The notes beneath the pieces were generated by a model, which was given only the letters and a program-made list of their open reading frames with translations, was not told where the DNA came from and made no database searches. A stretch of DNA of 62,533 nt, filler included, from Dugesia japonica (Eukaryota), in assembly GCA_001938525.1 (NCBI GenBank). It is 5 parts of 5 records of this genome, joined end to end, with 100 filler letters (N's around TTAATTAATTAA, not from the genome) between each part and the next. Parts side by side here need not be neighbours in the genome. Positions count along the whole stretch, not along the records: positions 24,418 to 34,951 come from MQRL01648082.1; positions 35,052 to 44,774 come from MQRL01639326.1; 3 more parts are not named here. One strand, given 5' to 3'. Made by a program: the position numbers and the translations under genes. This document shows, piece by piece, positions 26,196-38,703 of the stretch. Positions within the stretch are counted from its first letter, which is position 1; every line of letters begins with the position of its first letter.

Positions 26196-26499
26196 TGGCG
26201 AGATTTTTTTTCAAAAGTAATTCCCAATCAAACACAAAAATTTTAACTCACTTCAAAACCGCTCGCACTTAAAAATTAGAAATTTTATCCAGATAATTTC
26301 TAACGGACAGTGAAAAGTGTAGAGAAAAATAAAGTGTTTGATAGTTATCACGTAGTTCTAACTTAGAATTACGAAGTTCTTACTTATTTTTTTAGTTTAA
26401 CTTTTTGACCATCCTGTATATTATATATTACATATATATTACATATATTACATATACATTATATTGCATAGTAAAATATACTATTTATATTTTTACAAT

Positions 26500-27200
26500 G
26501 ACCAAATGATGACCATCAATTCTCTCTGTACGCAAACGAGCCTAATCTAGTCCACAGTACAAAGAATTCTTCCTGATGATCTGAACAAACAGGATGTTTG
26601 TGCTAAGTGGGTGCTTCACGATTTAAACATCTATCAGAAAAAATGCAGGTATAATACGTTTAACGAATTTTACTGGAGTTTCATTGAGGTGTTGTTGTAA
26701 TAGATGAGATGTAGCTTTATAGAGAACCATTACCATCAAAGGAAAATATCCGTGTATGGGTTGATCTTAGTGAAGATATAACTCAACAAAGGCGACAAAA
26801 AATTGCAGTGGTGCATTATTGTAGCAATGAACCTCGCCATTATTATTATTTTGAGATTATCTGGCATAACAGATCCATTAATACTTATCGGTATACTGAG
26901 ATCCTGCAAAATGTGAATGCCATACATCAATGAGAAAGCATCGTCATTATTTATGAAAAACTCTCGTCTTCATATAGCCAAAATAACTAAGTCATTCGTG
27001 GAATAGAATAGATCTTCGTATCTCACAATAATCTTACTCCCTTGACATAAACTTGATGAATCACTTCGTATTCAGGAATTTGTAGTCAAAGAATAGATTG
27101 AAATCATTCGATTCCTTGGAAAAAGTAAAAACGTTCTTTGAAGAATTCTTGAGAGAGAAGACAATATACAAGTTGATGCGTAAAAAAAAACTTTTGCGAG
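26500..27200 (+). mobile_element. Mariner-like transposase remnant
   Basis: VCAKWVLHDL (WVPHEL), VVIDE, decayed DNARPH and YSPD motifs. Confidence 0.65.
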
Positions 27201-27516
27201 ATGATATTAACAGTATTATCTTGTGTGTTCAATAATATTTGTAGCAAATATTGGTCATTATATGTTTTATATATTTAATGAATTTGTTGTACCTTATGTA
27301 ATAAATTATATTTTTATAGATTAATATTTTTGAAAATTATTGAAATGTATGTTATTATAATGTATTTTGTATACAAATTTGTTTTAATTAAAAAGTTGAT
27401 ATTTTTAAAATAAATTTCATTTTTAACTTTTTCTATTTTAAGGTATGCGTTTATTGTTTGAATATTATGAAATGGCATCTTTTTCAACTTTTCTGAATTC
27501 AACACTGCTTTGACAT

Positions 27517-28682
27517 ATTACGTTAGTGCATAATTAAATACGATATTTTGGGAGGTTTTATTAAATAAAATAAGATTAAAACATGTTCAAAATAATTTTA
27601 ATAGATCAATCTGGAACGTATTTGCTACCAGCTTTTCATTTGTTTGCAGACGGTAAATTCAACAAGAGAAAAAATTATTATTCTTAGAGGCAACCCCGTT
27701 TGAAATCGAACACCAACTCAGGCAAATCGTCTGCCAGTTTTCGAGCAAGCGATGGAAGTTATGGTCCGTGGGAATGTTGTGGGAGAGTAAAGAAAAATGA
27801 GAAAAACAGTTCTTAATTTCTTTTTGATGATTGATTCAACCACTCGACGGTCGACATGGAGACCCACATTATTGTGATGGAAAACGATTTGGTTCTTTTT
27901 CAGCAGTCTTTTTGAGGTAATCAGGCGGAGTCAAATAAATGTCGCTTTTGATGTTGAATTGTCTTTTACTGTTTGTCTTCATTTCTTTATTGTTGCTGCT
28001 ATTCATTGTCATTCCACCAAAAACACATGTTGTTTGAGATAATCTCCAAATATTTGAGTTCGCTTCTGTCACACCATAACACCACATTACATTCTTGCAG
28101 TAGAAATATTTTAATTACACTTTGGGTATTTATTCTGCAGATACAAAAACTTTATTTCCTTGATGTTCTTTAACAATATTCAAAGCTCATTTCAAAGCTG
28201 AGCACTTTCTCATCATTCTGCAGCAATATCCGTCAGAAAGTTTGTGAGGGACCCACACAGACAAATTCTATACTTTTCCAAGTTTTCGAGGTCACGGACA
28301 ATCGTGAAATAGTTGTCGAGCTCTTATTCTTTTCAAGGGCAGTCAAAAGTACCTGATCAGTAAAATCCGATGACTGTTCTCTTTCTTCCTCATATTTGGG
28401 GTTTGTATCACCCGATTTGAATTATTAAATTTTTTTAAATCTATTTTTGACTAATAGTTCCTTCACATAAAATTTTATTCAAATTACAAAAAGACTGTGC
28501 CACTGTTCATCTCTTCTCGACATGATAGAGCATAATGTGGCAAACATGAATATGCCTTTTGACACATATTTATCAACTAAATAAAGAATATTTTTACAAA
28601 ATTATTTATGGATTGGTTACAGATTTTCATGAATTTGTTATCAATGTTAATAAGTTATAGTCAATTATGCACCGCCCTAATA
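27517..28682 (-). mobile_element. Mariner element with both TIRs, degenerate
   Basis: TATTACGTTAGTGCATAATT / AATTATGCACCGCCCTAATA termini; minus-strand IHVCHIMLYH and WVPHKL motifs. Confidence 0.8.
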
Positions 28683-28937
28683 TTAAATAAATTTTTGATG
28701 GAAACCTTTAGTATTGTTAATTTAGCAGATAGTCAGAATGTGAATTAATGAGTAGTTCACTGGTAAAAATGCGCATTAGTGAACAAATTGTTAATATTAA
28801 TAAATTTGATATTCCATTATAGTTGAATTAAACTAATGAAAAATAAATAAACTGAACAATTGAAAGAACTTTGCGTTGAATAAAACATTTCATTTTGAGT
28901 AACCTAAAAAATTTGATAAAATTATTATTTTATTCAA

Positions 28938-28989
<52 letters not shown>

Positions 28990-29039
28990 NNNNNNNNNNN
29001 NNNNNNNNNNNNNNNNNNNNNNNNNNNNNNNNNNNNNNN

Positions 29040-29965
29040 TTCCTTTATTGAAAATTGTCTCTACTTCACATAAGATTGTTAATAGCTTGGTTAATAAATC
29101 CCATACACCAATTTGTTTGTGTTCTAACCTTGTTTATCAATTTAAATGTAATCGGTGTGATGCCACATACATTGGAGAGACTACCCATCATCTCTGTACA
29201 AGGGTTCAAGAGCAAAATCGTTTTGGTGGTGGTAGTAATATTGCTGAGCATAAATATAACAATAAGAGTAATTGCAATGCGAATGTTGAAATTTCAAATT
29301 TCGAAATTTTATCTAACCAATTTAAGAATTACTGGGAGAGAGTGTTGAATGAGTCGTTAATGATTAGATTTCATAATCCAAGCATTAATGTACAGGCAGC
29401 TCATTCTACTAAATTAATTAAAATTTTTTAAAAAATCTTTTCGATATAAAGTAATTTTTCAATTTTTATTGAAATCTTGATTTATTTTCAAAATTTTTTT
29501 ATAGATATTGTATTTTATTTTTTAAAGAAAATTTTAAAAATTTCATTACTTCATAGGTTTTCTTTTTTATTTTTTGAAATAAATTTCAATTTTCAATTTT
29601 CATAGGTTTTAAAAATTTTAATATAATCTAAAATTATAAAAACAATTATATATTTTGAAAAAACAACTTTGATTTTATGGGTAAAAGTAATAAAATATTA
29701 TTATATAAATTAATTTTTTATTGAAAAGTTGTTAAAAAATTTTAAAAATTAAGAATTTTATTTAAAAAATTAAAAAATTAAGAATTATAGCCGTCTTATA
29801 TTCAGTATAATCGCATTAATCTCTGTTTAAATAATACAGACTGAATAAACTCATTTATTTCATTTTTGTCTGATTATGACGGTTAATCCATCGAGATATA
29901 TAACAACAAAGTTTTATTTTAAATGCCGATACTTATTTTTTATTAAACCTCTTCCATCGTTTTTT
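29040..29965 (+). mobile_element. Penelope-like element 3' fragment (GIY-YIG plus pLTR), family B, between (TTA)n tracts
   Basis: NLVYQFKCNRCDATYIGET..RVQEQ..ESLMIRFHNPSIN; mutated HHR at 29866-29906; (TTA)n at 28939-28989 and 29975-30147. Confidence 0.9.
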
Positions 29966-29971
29966 GCATTA

Positions 29972-30028
<57 letters not shown>

Positions 30029-30078
30029 NNNNNNNNNNNNNNNNNNNNNNNNNNNNNNNNNNNNNNNNNNNNNNNNNN

Positions 30079-30124
<46 letters not shown>

Positions 30125-30149
30125 GTTATTATTATTATTATTATTATAG

Positions 30150-33100
30150 TTAGAAAATTTCAAATTTCAGACGTGTTACTCTGCCCAAAAATTTCATCAG
30201 CCCAAAAGTGACGGAGAACGGATTCAAAATGAAAACAAAAATTACTCAAAATCAATCCTCAAAAGGCAATGCAACTGAAGTTTCTGAAATTTTGGATAGC
30301 ATCAATCAAAAATTTGCCTTACTTCAACGGATCTACACAAAATATATCGAAAGCTCGGTTGCCCAAATGGTCGATAATTTTTAAAGACTTGGACCTATGA
30401 AAGTACAGTTGGGCTCGATGCTAAAACCGGTGTTCGCCTGGCTCACAGACACACTGGACGGCACTGCCCAAGTACCGAATATCAGTAATATTTTTTTCGT
30501 GCACTTTGCACAAAATTTGTAAAAATTTGAGTAAAGAGTTTCGTAATATTTTGTGTAATGTTTCTCATAATGAACTTTTCGTAAATAACTTTAGTAACAT
30601 TTTACTTAAGAATAATGTTAACTTTTCAAAATTCATTGAATGCTTGTTGTTATTTTTCTCGGAATGTTATCAAAGACCAAATCAATAAACTACTTTCTCT
30701 TCAGCCTACGAAGAAACATCTCAACAAAAATCTTACTGTCTCAAAATCTCAGAAACCTCTCACTCTTCAAGAGANAATTGATAACGTCAGTTATCTAATC
30801 ATGAGCTACAAAGATATGGATTCGAACAATATGGAAATTGCTTTCACTGAGCTCATATGGAATTCTCGTCAGATCAAAAGCAAATCCATTACTTGGTCTA
30901 ATAGACACATGCCTGCTACCAATGATTTGCATCTTCGTAAAAGATACCTATATTCACCTAAAATGGTTATCAATACAATTCTTAATTCTACAAAAACCTC
31001 TACTCATCCTTCCAAAGATGACATTGAAAAATTCTACAGCCTCAAATCAATTGAGTGTGTTGATACTGACTGGTCTTCCTCTCCATCTATTAAAGAAGGT
31101 CCGACCTTTGAATTTTAGCCAATCCATCCGGAAACTATCATCAAAATTCTCAAGAAGACCACCAACTCTTGTCCAGGTATTAGCAATGTCACCTAAAGTG
31201 ACATTCTGCGTTGTGATCCTAAAGGTGAATTTCTGAGCAACCTCTTCAACAAAATCATTACCAGTAGGTCTATTCCAGCTAGATGGAAAGAATTCAAAAC
31301 TCTTCTCATTCCAAAGCCACACAAGGAAGACAATTATGATAACATNGAGTCTTGGANACCCATAGCTCTTCTCGAATGTATCTATAAACTGTTTACATCT
31401 TGTCTCACTGACCAGATCTCATCATGGACAGATACCAACAATCTCATATACCCTCTTCAGAAAGGTAGTGATACTAGTGATGGCTGCGCCGAACATAATA
31501 GCATTCTTCGGGCTATCCTGGAGGACAGTTTCTCCCAAAAGGGGGACAAGGCTTTTCACATCGCCTTCTTAGATATCTCTGATGCTTTTGGATCAATTCC
31601 CATTCATCATATTGCTAGCATTCTCGCTGCTATGCAAATGAAAAAATCTTCCATAGACCTCATTCTTAATCTTTACTCTAATTGCTCCTATATTTATACC
31701 TGCTCTAACATCACAACAGCTCCAATCGTAATCAAAAGAGGAGTCCGTCAAGGCTGTCACCCTTTAATGTTATTATTCAATATTGGTCTCAACCCAATCC
31801 TCAATGAGATATCAAAAATGGTTGGTTCCGGTATCTACATTGGGGATCATAATATCAAATGCTTGGCTTAAGCTGATGATATTGCAATCTTTGCTCAGAC
31901 CCAGGATAATCTTCAGTGTATGGTCAATTTAGCAAATCACTGGGTTAAATGGAACCATATGAAATTCAATGTCAACAAATGTGTTTACCTTACCAATTAT
32001 ATGAACGTCAACAGCTCTATCACCATCAACTCGATGCCTATTCCTATTGTTGACAACGATCAGAGTTAAAGATATCTTGGAGTTGAAATTAATCACAAAA
32101 CAAAGAATTCTCCTACTGAAGTTCTCGAGAAACTCATAAACGACTTCCGTATTATTAACGACTCAATCCTTTTTCCTTGGCAGAAGATCAATGCTTACAA
32201 AGTTATTTTGCATTCGCGGCTCATTTTCTCTTTCCGGAATTACAACGTTCCTTCGCTTCATCTAGATAGCCCGCAAAACAAGAATTGTATTGATCGTAAG
32301 CTTAGGCAAATTATCAAAAAAGATATCCTTCACATAGGCATCAGAACAACTAACGCTTACCTCTACACTCCTATCGATCTTGGAGGCATAGGTCTTATTT
32401 CTTACAGAGACGAGTTTGCTGTTCAAGCAAATTCTCAAGCCTTCAGAGATCTCACTTGCTCTGACATCACCGTTTACTAAGATTGTGAGATATAGCCTTA
32501 AAAAAGCTGTTATGAAAAGCAAAAAATCTATTGACTATGTTTTTGTTAAGCAAGCACTCGAATGGCTCAATGAAGGAGATAATGAATCTGGAATTAAAGT
32601 CTACTGGACAAAAATCAGAAGCAATATCCGTTATTTGGCAAATAATTGCAAGATCACTGTTTCATTTAGTCAGTTCAAAATAAACATTTGTCTTTAATTC
32701 AGTTATTTGCAGAAATCGATCATGCTTCTTCCAGATGCAGCATCACTTTCTTCTCTGAAGCTGCTCGAACTCATCGGTCTTTCTTATTTCAACACCTGGA
32801 CAGAGCAAAAAATGGGAGGCTATTCAGCAAGCTCTCCATCATTGTGCAAAACCTCAAACAAGATCCTCCACAATGGTGTTATTTCTATTTCCGATTGGAA
32901 ATTTATCCACAGTGCGAGAACAAACTCATTACCTGTTAATGATCGCTTAAGTAAACCTGTGAAGGATCGCAACTGTCGTCATTGTGCAACAGATCCAGAA
33001 ACTCAGATGCACATATTTCTATGGTGCAAACATAACTGTTACGTTAAATGAATTTATTTATTTGTTTGTGTGTGTTTTATGTGTGTTTTATTATTCTGTG

Positions 33101-34200
33101 TATCTTCTATAAAAAAATTATTATAGAAAATTAAAAGTCAATAAAATTATTGATTAAAAAAATATATAAAATTCAAAATCAAAGAAAAAATATTCTTGGC
33201 AACGGCCAGAAAGATAATAACAGAAGAATTCAAACTAAAGTAGAAATTAAAGAAAGTGATTATTAAACAAATAAAATATCAAATACTGTTTTTCCTTTGT
33301 AATTCGGTTAAGAACTAGCTTTTTGGTAATATAGTTCTTTTGTGATATATTTATTTTTGAATATAACTTTGAATATTTTCTTTGATAATAATCACTTTCT
33401 TTAATTTCTACTTTAGTTTGAATTCTTCTGTTATTATCTTTCTGGCCGTTGCCAAGAATATTNNNNNNNNNNNNNNNNNNNNNNNNNNNNTTTTTTTAAT
33501 CAATAATTTTATTGACTTTTAATTTTCTATAATAATTATTTTTTTATAGAAGATACACAAAATAATAAAACAAACAAACAAATAAATAAATTCATTTAAC
33601 GTAACAATAACAAATACTTCCTCCAAAAAAGACACAATGCAATCCTCCAATTAGTCTTTGAGGCTATCTCTTTTGAGAAACCCTTTCTAGATATTTTAAA
33701 GGACTACTCTTGCAATCTTTCTAAAACTAATCTTAGAGTTGATCTCCAAATCCGAAATCAATCCAAAAAGATTATATGGTTAGTTGACATCAAAACATCT
33801 TATGTTATAAACCGGATGAATGGGATTAGAACTGAAAATGAAGAATACTACAAAGAGCTTCAATCAGAAATCCAGTCACATCTTCCTAATTTTGAAGTCA
33901 TTCTCAAAACCATTGTTGTAGGTTGTTTGGGCTCCTGGTCTCCTGATTATGATGATTTTTTGAGGAATATCGGACTCAGCTTGACCGCCATCAAAACTCT
34001 TAAAAATGATTGCATTCTATCAAATATCAAATGGAGCAATGAAAATTGGAAAGCTAACAACACCTACTCAATGAGCGAAAAGAAAATAAGTAATCTCAAC
34101 ACCTTTTAGAAAAAAAACTGATCATCCACTGCAATTTATTGACTGATTAAGTCTTGTAATTTCTGGCTTTTACCATTTTGTGATATGCATAAATAAATAT
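30150..34200 (+). mobile_element. RLE-type non-LTR retrotransposon (R2 superfamily, NeSL/Utopia-like), degenerate
   Basis: PIALL..YKL, QKG..DGCAEHN, FLDISDAFGSI, GVRQG, LA*ADDI, YLGV, PWQKI, WKFIHSARTN, CRHC..ETQMHI..C..RHN zinc knuckle, RVD..DIK RLE, IVVGCLGSW. Confidence 0.9.
33037..33606. mobile_element. Non-autonomous foldback element, TGT..ACA termini, ~240-bp TIRs, 5-bp TSD (ATAAC)
   Basis: TSD at 33032-33036 and 33607-33611; removing the insert restores the LINE frame CKHN|KYFLQKRHN. Confidence 0.92.
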
Positions 34201-34267
34201 TTATTTTCATCATTAAACATTCAATTTTGTTTGAATAATACAAAATATTTATTTTTAAATAAATATC

Positions 34268-34950
34268 TGGCAACCACGCCGACATTAATGCGTTAACAAG
34301 TGCGAAACTCGAAGATTTTTTCTAATTTCCTTCAAAAAACATAAGAAATGTTGATTCCAAAACCAAGTTTCTTTGATGGTCTCAGTCAAGATGCTGAAGA
34401 TTGAATGCACACAACGAAAGATTTTGTGACATTCAATCAAATGAAATTTGCTTTCGCGTTAGATATGCTCCTAAGAGGTGATGCGAAACCGTTATGGGAA
34501 GAATTTACCTGTTCAAATGCTTCTGTCACTAATGAGGAGGTCGAAAAATGGTTTATGGAAACCTTCACAAATACAAAATTGATATATGATAAAGTAAAAG
34601 ACGTATCTTCAATAAAACAGAGAACAGACGAGAAGTACAGAAATTTTGAGATTCGAGTGAAAAAAATGTTTACAGATGTGTTTCAAAAAAATCAACATTT
34701 GAAAAAATTTCAAGAGCATTTATTCTGCAAGGATTACACAGTGAGAAACTACGTGAATCCTTTGCTTTAGACCCATCAATGTCTGACGAAAGAAGAAGAT
34801 AATATGCAATGAATTTAGAAAAATTGGTTCCGCATCGAGAATTCCATGTCATGAAACCAACATATTCGCAAGTAATTAGTAAACATCGGTATTATAACCA
34901 ACGTTCAGAAGGGAAGACAAATTTTGAGCACCAAAGGAATTCAGTAAATT
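34268..34950 (+). mobile_element. LTR retrotransposon gag remnant with PBS-like TGGCAACC
   Basis: MLIPKPSFFDG..LLRGDAKPLW..IKQRTDEKYRNFEIRV gag-like; cut by the linker. Confidence 0.65.
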
Positions 34951-34951
34951 T

Positions 34952-35051
34952 NNNNNNNNNNNNNNNNNNNNNNNNNNNNNNNNNNNNNNNNNNNNTTAAT
35001 TAATTAANNNNNNNNNNNNNNNNNNNNNNNNNNNNNNNNNNNNNNNNNNNN
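34952..35051. other. Artificial assembly linker
   Basis: TTAATTAATTAA at 34996-35007 within Ns. Confidence 0.95.
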
Positions 35052-35052
35052 T

Positions 35053-35410
35053 ATGTAGAAATATACACCATTACGATTCATGACAAACAATATATTCAGA
35101 ATATATAGAGTGTTCAATGAGTTTCACCCGAATTAATTATGAATATGTAGAAATATACACCATTACGATTCATGACAAACAATACATACAGAATATATAG
35201 AGTGTTCAATAAGTTTCCCCTGAATTAATTATGATATGTAAAAATATACACCATTACGATTCATGACTAACAATACAAACAGAATATATAGAGTGTTCAA
35301 TAAGTTTCCCCTGAATTAATTATGAATATGTAAAAATATATACTATTACGATTCATGACAAACAATACATACAGAATATACAGAGTGTTCAATAAGTTTC
35401 TCCTGAATTA
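35053..35410. repeat. 92-bp tandem repeat, 4 or more copies
   Basis: Units start at 35053, 35145, 35236 and 35328. Confidence 0.95.
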
Positions 35411-36056
35411 ATTTATCTTATAACTCCCAAAGTAATAAAATTAAGAATGTATGATGAATATATATTAGTAATATTAACGCTAAAGATTTCATTTATTTTA
35501 AATGAAAAATTTGCCATTTGTTTTAATATTCAAAAATCCACATTTCCCAAATTATTTCAATTAATGAAAGAACTCAAGTCATTTTACGAATGGAGAAACA
35601 ATCCAAACCATCAAAGGGAAAGATTATTTGTTTATGTCAAAAGAATATTTTGTTCTATTACTAAAACTAAAAAACAAGTTATATGAGTTTTGATTATAAT
35701 AAGACTAAAGCTCCTCCACACTGATCTGTACAAAATTAATTTCTGAATGAAAAATTGCCATCACGCTGAATTGGCCATCTTATATGACCTTCAAGGTTCC
35801 CAGACATTTTATCCTTTGGAGATATCTAATAAAGAGCAACTGATATAATTTATCTCATGTGAATGTTTATAAATAATCCTACAACAGCTGAAAAATATCT
35901 TGTGTCCTTGCAACGCTATTTACAGGTATGTGTGAAAGCTGATGGAAAATCTTGTGAACATTAAAAACTATTTTGACAAATACATTATTTAAAAGATTGT
36001 TCACAGTTCCTTACTATTTATCACATTGATGTGAAAAAATATTGATACACCCAAGA
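35380..36056 (+). mobile_element. Tc1/mariner-superfamily remnant
   Basis: TA-CAGAGTGTTCAAT left end; decayed WP..S.DL..F.LWRYL near 35770-35830; possible right end ATTGATACACC. Confidence 0.5.
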
Positions 36057-37430
36057 AAATATTGAATTACATAATTTTACAAATTAGTCAAATCAAAATT
36101 TAATTGTTTTTTTTTAATTAGTTACGTTTGAGAAAGAGAAAATATTTTATTGAATGTTTGACATCAATTAATTAAATTTAGAATGAATTATTTGTTTTTA
36201 TTATCCTATATTTCAGAGATTCTCAAGCAATTGGTTGGCAAATAAATCCGAGAAACAAAGAGTAACGGATTGTTGCAATTGTTCGATACTGACATCATGA
36301 AATTCCTAATGAAACTTGCAAAAAAATTGCTAGAAAATGAAAGAAAGGCTAAAAATGGTCATTAATAAATAGTCAAATATTTCATTGCTTTTATTTGTCT
36401 TTAATAAATTTATTAAAAATATCTTGAATAAAATAATATTTCTATTTGTTAGACTAAAGATTAATTATTTCTCGACCAAAATAACTGTATAAATACTTTG
36501 TCACACCGCCATATATTAGTATTTTTTTAAAGTAATAACATTTTTACATAATATCTTTACCTAATCAAGTATGGAGTCCATTACCAGTTTTATCATTACT
36601 GAAAAACAGGTAGTACCGAGTAATACTTGAATCACTGAAGACTAATTACCGACAAGTTTGGTAATGAAACATTACAACAAATTCTTTTGCTCAATTGATT
36701 ATATTAGTAAGGATTGATTGACACTTTCAAACAATTTAAATACTCCCCATAGCAGCTATGAATAGTCAAGATCAGGAATGTGAAAAACAAATAAAAATGA
36801 TAAAAATTCTATGTGGTTCTATTTTCATCATAGAAAAAACAACCAACATTCAGGTATATGTAATCTTCTAAGGTCTGGTAAAGTTATGGAAGGTAGTGGT
36901 GGCATTAACGCACACCAAAAAAAGATAACATAATACAGTGTTGTCAAAGAAAGGTGCACTGGTAGAAACCGATAGAGACAGCCAGAAAAGTACCAATGGT
37001 AGAAAACCTACACATACTGTTAGAAGTGAAATATCTCAATACTTTTATACCAAAGGCGATAATTCTTTGCCACCAGTTCTATCTCCACTTACATATTTTC
37101 TTTATTTTAACATAAATTGGAAGTCTCTTGACATAAGGCAAGGATGAATAGCTCATGGATTTTTAGTATCAGATCAATTATACTTAAATCCAAAAATAGG
37201 GTGTTGAATAACATTAATAGTTAGTGCAAAAATTAAGTTTTATTTTGAAAAACGAGTAGACATCAGTTAACGATAAGAGATCGATACTAAAAATGTTTAT
37301 TCCGTCCAAACTACATGGAAGTTAGGAGTAAGCCGAATAATTATAACCATGTCGCTGAGAAGTATGTCAACCTTATCAATTCAAAAAGACATATATTGTA
37401 TTTATCCCTTCAGTCTGATATAACATAACT

Positions 37431-38703
37431 ATTTGTTTGGGATCTATACATCACGAACTGCTTGTTTTGGGTCTATTTGTCCATGAACTATTCATTTGGT
37501 GCCTATTTGTCCATGAACTATTTGTTTGGTGTCTATTTGTCCATGAACTATTTGTTTGGTGCCTATTTGTCATGAACTATTTGTTTGGTGTCTATTTGTC
37601 CATGAACTATTTGTTTGGTGTCTATTTGTCCATGAACTATTTGTTTGGTGTCTATTTGTCCATGAACTATTTGTTTGGTGCCTATTTGTCCATGAACTAT
37701 TTGTTTGGTGCCTATTTGTCCATGGACTATTTGTTTGATGCCTATTTGTCCATGAATTATTTGTTTGGTGCATATTTGTCCATGAACTATTTGTTTGGTG
37801 NNNNNNNNNNNNNNNNNNNNNNNNNNNNNNNNNNNNNNNNNNNNNNNNNNNNNNNNNNNNNNNNNNNNNNNNNNNNNNNNNNNNNNNNNNNNNNNNNNNN
37901 NNNNNNNNNNNNNNNNNNNNNNNNNNNNNNNNNNNNNNNNNNNNNNNNNNNNNNNNNNNNNNNNNNNNNNNNNNNNNNNNNNNNNNNNNNNNNNNNNNNN
38001 NNNNNNNNNNNNNNNNNNNNNNNNNNNNNNNNNNNNNNNNNNNNNNNNNNNNNNNNNNNNNNNNNNNNNNNNNNNNNNNNNNNNNNNNNNNNNNNNNNNN
38101 NNNNNNNNNNNNNNNNNNNNNNNNNNNNNNNNNNNNNNNNNNNNNNNNNNNNNNNNNNNNNNNNNNNNNNNNNNNNNNNNNNNNNNNNNNNNNNNNNNNN
38201 NNNNNNNNNNNNNNNNNNNNNNNNNNNNNNNNNNNNNNNNNNNNNNNNNNNNNNNNNNNNNNNNNNNNNNNNNNNNTATTTGTACATGAACTATTTGTTT
38301 GGTGCATATTTGTTTGGTGCATATTTGTTTGGTGCTTATTTGTCCATGAATTATTTGTTTGGTGCATATTTGTCCATGAATTATTTGTTTGGTGCATATT
38401 TGTCCATGAACTATTTGTTCGGTGCCTATTTGTACATGAACTATTTGTTTGGTGCCTATTTGTACATGAACTATTTGTTTGGTGCCTATTTGTACATGAA
38501 CTATTTGTTTGGTGCATATTTGTACATGAACTATTTGTTTGGTGCCTATTTGTCCATGAACTATTTGTTTGGTGCCTATTTGTACATGAACTATTTGTTT
38601 GGTGCATATTTGTTTGGTGCATATTTGTTTGGTGCTTATTTGTCCATGAACTATTTGTTTGGTGCCTATTTGTCCATGAACTATTTGTTTGGTGCATATT
38701 TGT
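37431..38703. repeat. 30-bp minisatellite (TATTTGTCCATGAAC+TATTTGTTTGGTGCC) with internal gap
   Basis: Near-perfect tandem array built from two 15-bp half-units. Confidence 0.97.

Noticed and set aside
35053-35410. CRISPR-like regular array
   Set aside because: Whole units repeat with no unique spacers; eukaryotic context; no cas genes
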